64,000 nucleotides of DNA. Origin: Prevotella sp. (GTDB taxonomy: Bacteria > Bacteroidota > Bacteroidia > Bacteroidales > Bacteroidaceae). Positions 58,847-64,000 of the stretch are shown here, in pieces. Position 1 is the stretch's first letter. Each line of letters begins with the position of its first letter. Both the position numbers and the translations under genes were made by a program. A model generated the notes under the pieces. It worked only from the letters and a program-made list of their open reading frames with translations. It was not told the DNA's origin and made no database searches. The stretch lies in NCBI GenBank assembly GCA_022773825.1, contig JALFOF010000088.1, positions 7,236 to 71,235 on the forward strand. The letters are read 5' to 3'.

Positions 58847-60964
58847 TTAGTTCTTCCTCAGAACTACGGCAGAGCGTGCTGGTATGTATAACTTCAGCCA
58901 CTCTTTCTTGTCTTCCACGTACAGTGGGTCGTAGTTAGTGAGGTGGGTTACGCTGTCGTCTGCTAAACCATTGCCACCAAACTCCTTGGCGTCCGTATTG
59001 AGAACCACGTCATACGAACCCGTGGGAACAAGGAAACCGTAGTCCGCGAAAGAGCGTGTGGGTGAGAAATTGAACACGAATACGAGGTCACCGCGCATGA
59101 ATGCCAGCACTTGGTCGCCGTCATTGTGCCATATTTCCTGCACAGGTGTCTTGTTAAAGTTCTTCTGTCCCTTGATTACCTCAAGCATCTTCTGGTCGAA
59201 GTCGCCAAGATAGTGGTAGCAAAGCTCCTTGTTGTCAACGAGATTCCACTGTCTTCGAGCGTATTTATAGCTCCAACCGTTGCCCTCACGCGGGAAGTCT
59301 ATCCACTCAGGATGCCCGAATTCATTGCCCATGAAGTTGAGGTAACCGCCGTTTATGCTTGCCGCCGTGACGAGACGTATCATCTTATGCAACGCAATGC
59401 CTCTGTGTACCACGCCGTTTTCGTCTCCTTTCTTGAAGTGCCAGTACATATCCGCGTCTATAAGACGGAAGATAATGGTCTTGTCTCCCACCAAAGCCTG
59501 GTCGTGACTTTCGCAGTATGACACCGTCTTCTCATCGGCGCGGCGGTTCTTTACTTCCCAGAATATGCTTGAAGGTTTCCATTCTTCATCGCGAACCTCC
59601 TTGATCATCTTTATCCAATAGTCTGGAATACCCATCGCAAGACGGTAATCGAAGCCGTAACCGCCATCCTGGAACTTCGCCGCGAGGCCGGGCATACCGC
59701 TCATATCCTCTGCTATCGTAATGGCATTCTTATTCACTTCGTGTATGACAAGGTTGGCAAGGGTGAGGTAACAGATAGCGTTATCGTCCTGACCGCCATT
59801 GAAATAGTCACCATAACCACCGAAATCCACGCCAAGACCATGGTTATAATAGAGCATTGAGGTAACGCCATCGAAGCGATAGCCGTCGAAATGGAACTCT
59901 TCAAGCCAGTATTTGCAGTTGGAGAGCAGGAAATGCATCACGTTATCCTTGCCGTAATCGAAGCAAAGGCTGTCCCACTGGTTGTGCTCGCGACGGTCTC
60001 CAGGGTAGAAATATTGGTTCGGGTCGCCCGCAAGGTTGCCCAAACCTTCGTTCTCGTTCTTTACGGCGTGAGAGTGAACGAGGTCCATTATCACCGCGAT
60101 ACCGTTCTGATGGGCGGTGTCTATGAGGTCTTTCAACTCTTCGGGAGTACCAAATCGGCTTGATGAAGCGAAGAAAGAGCTGACATGATAGCCAAAGGAA
60201 CCGTAGTAAGGATGTTCCTGTATCGCCATGATTTGTATGCAGTTATACCCTTCCTTGATAACTCTCGGCAGCACATTTTCCTTAAATTCCGTGTATGTCC
60301 CGACCTTTTCCGCGTCCTGTGACATACCGATGTGACATTCATATATGAGCAGTGGCGACGTAGTAGGCTTGAAAGTCTTCTTCTTCCACACGTATGGTGT
60401 CTCCGGCTCCCATACCTGTGCCGAGAAGAGCTTTGTGTTATCATCCTGCACAACGCGGCGCACCCATGCTGGAATACGCTCGCCTTGACCGCCTTCCCAC
60501 TTAACGAGCATCTTGTACAGGTCGCCATGTTTCAGTGCGGTTTTAGGCAGTTTCAGTTCCCAGTCCTGCCCGTTTTTCATGCGTTTTAGTGCATATTTCG
60601 GGGTTTCCTGCCAGTTATTGAAGTCACCTATGAGGTATATCTCGGTGGCGTTTGGTGCCCATTCGCGGAACACCCATCCGCCCTGCTTCGTGCGGTGCAA
60701 TCCGTAATGGAGGTGACCCGTAGCAAATTCTGAGAGAGTCTTTTTACCATTCCCCGTCAAGTGGTTTATCATCCATTCGGCGTGTTCGTGCCTTCCGCGT
60801 ATAGCACCTTCGAAAGGCTCCAGCCACATATCGTTCTTCACGATGCCGATGTGCTGTGGTTGCTGTGCTGCCGCAGCCTTCTTGCATCTTGAGCTTTTCT
60901 TTGCCGTCGTGGTTTTCTTATCCACTGCGGTTTTCTTTGCTGTCGCTTTCTTTGTTTCTGCCAT
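58847..60964 (-). CDS. glgB: 1,4-alpha-glucan branching enzyme (GH13_8-like)
   Basis: FREWAPNA, YRFDGVTSM, IAEDMSG, ESHDQALVGDKT, FMGNEFGHPEWIDFPR. Confidence 0.96.
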   Translation of the reverse strand: MAETKKATAKKTAVDKKTTTAKKSSRCKKAAAAQQPQHIGIVKNDMWLEPFEGAIRGRHEHAEWMINHLTGNGKKTLSEFATGHLHYGLHRTKQGGWVFREWAPNATEIYLIGDFNNWQETPKYALKRMKNGQDWELKLPKTALKHGDLYKMLVKWEGGQGERIPAWVRRVVQDDNTKLFSAQVWEPETPYVWKKKTFKPTTSPLLIYECHIGMSQDAEKVGTYTEFKENVLPRVIKEGYNCIQIMAIQEHPYYGSFGYHVSSFFASSSRFGTPEELKDLIDTAHQNGIAVIMDLVHSHAVKNENEGLGNLAGDPNQYFYPGDRREHNQWDSLCFDYGKDNVMHFLLSNCKYWLEEFHFDGYRFDGVTSMLYYNHGLGVDFGGYGDYFNGGQDDNAICYLTLANLVIHEVNKNAITIAEDMSGMPGLAAKFQDGGYGFDYRLAMGIPDYWIKMIKEVRDEEWKPSSIFWEVKNRRADEKTVSYCESHDQALVGDKTIIFRLIDADMYWHFKKGDENGVVHRGIALHKMIRLVTAASINGGYLNFMGNEFGHPEWIDFPREGNGWSYKYARRQWNLVDNKELCYHYLGDFDQKMLEVIKGQKNFNKTPVQEIWHNDGDQVLAFMRGDLVFVFNFSPTRSFADYGFLVPTGSYDVVLNTDAKEFGGNGLADDSVTHLTNYDPLYVEDKKEWLKLYIPARSAVVLRKN

Positions 60965-61024
60965 TGTCGTATTAGTTGTTTGGTGGGTTGTTTATTATGG
61001 TATCCGATTGTTTACGTGCTATAT

Positions 61025-61474
61025 TCAAGCCTTAACTTTGAATATAGCCTTTTTTATTCCTGGCACATTTGCTATGCATGGAGCGTGTCCGTCCTGCGGG
61101 AAGAAGATGGCCATCATGCCTGGTCGGCAGGTAACATAGCTGCTCCCAGGTATTCCCGGGTATTTTGTTATGTCCTTTTCCTCGTTGTAAGGCACGTCAT
61201 CGGGCAGGTCTTCAAGTGGCAGGTATCCGAAAGTCTCCTCCTCGTCAAGCGGTATCTGTATGTCAATCATGTTCCGGTGGGTCTCCATCACTGCCTCATC
61301 AGGCATTTTGCCCTTCGCTGTCGTAATGTTAACGAACAGGTCTTTTCCTTTGATGAGGTGCTTTCCTTCCTCAAGGGCGAGGAGGTCGTTCTCCTCTATG
61401 AACTTCACAACATCGGCAAAGAGTGGGTTCATGCCCACGTATAGCTTAAGGTTGTCTAATGTGTCGATTACCAT
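61025..61474 (-). CDS. YhcH/YjgK/YiaL family protein
   Basis: ETHRNMIDIQ, YNEEKDI, IFFPQDGHAP. Confidence 0.92.
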   Translation of the reverse strand: MVIDTLDNLKLYVGMNPLFADVVKFIEENDLLALEEGKHLIKGKDLFVNITTAKGKMPDEAVMETHRNMIDIQIPLDEEETFGYLPLEDLPDDVPYNEEKDITKYPGIPGSSYVTCRPGMMAIFFPQDGHAPCIANVPGIKKAIFKVKA

Positions 61475-61514
61475 AGTGTTGATATTTTAATTTAAGGATT
61501 AATGTGTTATATTA

Positions 61515-62627
61515 TTATTTCTCGTTTCTCAGTCCCATGTCATAGGTTCCGCGCGCCGTAATCTGCCCGTTACGGTCTTTCTCCACGAAGTCGCCATCAC
61601 GCTCATCGTTGGTGTATGCCCCTTCGAATCGCACTCCGTCTTTGCTTTCCTCGATGGCTTTTCCATTGCGTTTTCCCGCTTTGTATATGCCTTTGAACTT
61701 GGCACCGTCCGCATAATGTATTATCATCTCTCCGTCGGGCAATCCGTTTTTGAAGTTTCCCTCATACACGTCGCCATTCTTTTTCACCAGTTTTCCGCGT
61801 CCGTGCTGTCTGTCTGCCTTCCAATAGCCCACGTAGCTGTCTCCGTTTCTCCACACGAAGGTGCCCATTCCGTCCTTGTCGCCGTCGGCAAAGTGCCCTG
61901 TGTACTTGTCGCCGTTGGCATATTTGAACACGCCTTCGCCTGTTCTCTCTCCGCCCACGTAGTCGCCTTCGTACACATCGCCGTTGCGGAACTTGTAAAC
62001 GCCGCGTCCATTCTGCAGGTCGTCGCGCCACATACCGTTGTAAACGTCACCCGAAGCGTATTTGAACACGCCCTTGCCAGCGCGTTTATTCTCCACCCAC
62101 TGACCGTCATAGGAGCTGCCATCAGCCCAGTCGAAGTATCCTTTACCCCACTTCATGTCGTTCTTCCACTCGCCTTCGTAGTAGGCTCCGCCCTTGTACG
62201 TGTACTTGCCCTTGCCTTGACGCTTGTCTTGATGCCAGTTGCCGTCGTAAACATCGCCAGTGTAATAGTACATCACGCCGTGTCCCTGCTGGTAGTCCCT
62301 AAACCACAGCCCGTCATAACGGTTGTTGTTGGAGAAGTAGTATATGCCCTTGCCGTGCTGCTGGTCTTGGAACCACTGCCCTTCGTACCTTTCGCCATCG
62401 GTGAAGGAATACACTCCATGCCCTTGCCGTTTGCCTTTCACGTACTCTCCCTCAAAGGTGTCGCCATTATCAAAGCGTGTACTGCCTTTGCCATGGGGCT
62501 TCCCACCGAGCATTTCGCCCTGATAGAGACCTTTGTCGTGCGTCACGCACGAGCCAAGAACTATTTTCTGTGATGATGCCCCAAGGGGTAATAATATGAA
62601 TATCAGTTGTATTAGATAGAATTTCAC
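61515..62627 (-). CDS. Exported MORN-repeat protein
   Basis: Signal peptide and about 14 copies of YxGxWxxDxxxGxG at 23-aa period. Confidence 0.92.
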   Translation of the reverse strand: MKFYLIQLIFILLPLGASSQKIVLGSCVTHDKGLYQGEMLGGKPHGKGSTRFDNGDTFEGEYVKGKRQGHGVYSFTDGERYEGQWFQDQQHGKGIYYFSNNNRYDGLWFRDYQQGHGVMYYYTGDVYDGNWHQDKRQGKGKYTYKGGAYYEGEWKNDMKWGKGYFDWADGSSYDGQWVENKRAGKGVFKYASGDVYNGMWRDDLQNGRGVYKFRNGDVYEGDYVGGERTGEGVFKYANGDKYTGHFADGDKDGMGTFVWRNGDSYVGYWKADRQHGRGKLVKKNGDVYEGNFKNGLPDGEMIIHYADGAKFKGIYKAGKRNGKAIEESKDGVRFEGAYTNDERDGDFVEKDRNGQITARGTYDMGLRNEK

Positions 62628-62915
62628 TGCCGTTTATAAGTTGTTGGTTTATGCGGTTTCTCCTGTGTCAAGCCGAGGGGCGAAGACTGTTCCACCTTCC
62701 TGCCATCGCCGCTGGCGCAAAACCGCATTATAGTATTGGTGGTTCAAAATTACTAAATTATTTTGGAAAAACAACCATCTCGCAACATTTTTTATAATAA
62801 ATCTGTAAAATATTAGCAGAAACACATTGCTGCCAGAATTTTTATTATTACCTTTGCACATTATATAGACTATTTCCCAACTGGCAATCCAGCCGAAACA
62901 AAACAGTACAAGGAC

Positions 62916-63710
62916 ATGAAATATGTAGCCATCATCCCCGCTCGCTATGCCTCCACGCGCTTCCCCGGCAAGCCACTGGCAGTGCTTGGCGCGAAAACGG
63001 TCATCCAAAGAGTTTATGAACAGGTGTGCAAGCAGCTGGACGCGGCATGGGTAGCCACGGACGACCAGCGCATCTACGACCATGTGCGCTCGTGGGGCGG
63101 CAATGTTGTTATGACTTCTCCGGACCACAAGAGCGGCACAGACCGCATAGAGGAGGCGATGGAGAAAATCGAAGCCATGGGAGAGACGTTTGACGTGGTA
63201 GTGAACGTGCAGGGCGACGAACCGTTCATACAGCCGGAGCAGATAGCCACCGTGTGCCGTCTCTTCGAGGACGAGCAGACGCAGATAGCCACTCTCGGCA
63301 TAAAGTTCACGCCCTCTGACGGCACACCCGCCGCAGCACCTTCGGACAGCGTGGCGGCGGAAGAGGCGTGGCAGCGCATCAGCAACGCCAACTCCCCCAA
63401 GATTGTCGTTGACAACAACGGCTTTGCCATGTATTTCAGCCGCTCAGTAATTCCCTTTATACGCGGAAAAGAAGTGGCACAATGGTCTGATGCCTTCCCG
63501 TTCCTGAAGCATATAGGAATGTATGCCTACCGCCGCAACGTGCTGAAAGAGATTACCGCCCTGCCGCAATCGCCACTGGAGCTGGCGGAAAGTCTGGAGC
63601 AACTGCGATGGTTGCAGAACGGTTACAGGATAAAGGTGGGCGAAACATTCACCGAGACCGTGGGCATCGACACGCCTGCCGACCTTGAAAAGGCTAAAGA
63701 AATGCTTTAA
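62916..63710 (+). CDS. kdsB: 3-deoxy-manno-octulosonate cytidylyltransferase
   Basis: IIPARYASTRFPGKPL, SGTDRI, NVQGDEP, ESLEQLRWL; TACCTTTG at 62849 upstream. Confidence 0.97.
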   Translation: MKYVAIIPARYASTRFPGKPLAVLGAKTVIQRVYEQVCKQLDAAWVATDDQRIYDHVRSWGGNVVMTSPDHKSGTDRIEEAMEKIEAMGETFDVVVNVQGDEPFIQPEQIATVCRLFEDEQTQIATLGIKFTPSDGTPAAAPSDSVAAEEAWQRISNANSPKIVVDNNGFAMYFSRSVIPFIRGKEVAQWSDAFPFLKHIGMYAYRRNVLKEITALPQSPLELAESLEQLRWLQNGYRIKVGETFTETVGIDTPADLEKAKEML

Positions 63711-63751
63711 CCTACCAAGAACCTCCTACCCTCAGAACTCTAACCGACGCA

Positions 63752-64000
63752 ATGACAATGCACGCCACCATAACCCATAACCTCCTGACGCTCCTCGAAC
63801 ACGGAGCGTTCACCCTTCCCGAAGCATCCGCGGGCAGCGTGGAGCCCATGTCGCCGCACAAGTGGCGCCTGCTCACCGAGGCGGCCGCCAAGCTCAACAT
63901 ACTGCGTTTCGTGGCACGGGGGGCGGAACGTTTGAAGGAAAATCCGGCGTTGCCGTCCGCCCTGCACGCGGCAATAGCAGCACGGGGTGGCGGAAGCGAC
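63752..64000 (+). CDS. Hypothetical protein, 5' part only
   Basis: Open frame to the window edge: MTMHATITHNLLTLLEHGAF...EPMSPHKWRLL... Confidence 0.55.
   Translation, partial: MTMHATITHNLLTLLEHGAFTLPEASAGSVEPMSPHKWRLLTEAAAKLNILRFVARGAERLKENPALPSALHAAIAARGGGSD

Noticed and set aside
61515-62627. 69-bp periodicity as a DNA repeat element
   Set aside because: Explained by 23-aa MORN protein repeats.

Overview
64 kb of core chromosome from a Prevotella/Segatella-type Bacteroidales genome (inferred from TTTG-N19/20-TAnnTTTG promoters, A-rich leaders without Shine-Dalgarno, and gene content). It holds the moxR-DUF58-bat operon (BatB and BatC fused), lepA, crcB, pyrK-pyrD, pepD, skp, an 11-subunit nuo operon with no nuoEFG, a type II acyl-chain cluster (GNAT, KS, ACP, two dehydratases, MMPL, FAD reductase, LolA, thioesterase), an ABC-ATPase plus TOPRIM/DUF4435 (PARIS-like) pair, a PIN protein with long disordered arms, tRNA-Asp, rubrerythrin, dacB, def, ruvX, rnpB, glgB and kdsB. 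There is no CRISPR array, prophage or intact mobile element, only a ~200 bp IS1634-like transposase scrap. Best candidates for new biology: (1) the lipid cluster headed by a divergent protein resembling bacterial ceramide synthase; (2) three families of helically phased intergenic repeats, notably 19-bp palindromes at an exact 22-bp period; (3) a free-standing ~68-nt sRNA complementary to start-codon regions; (4) an ApbE-type flavinylation motif on PBP4; (5) the orphan PIN nuclease with disordered arms. All family assignments come from motif recognition by eye; no database searches were run.
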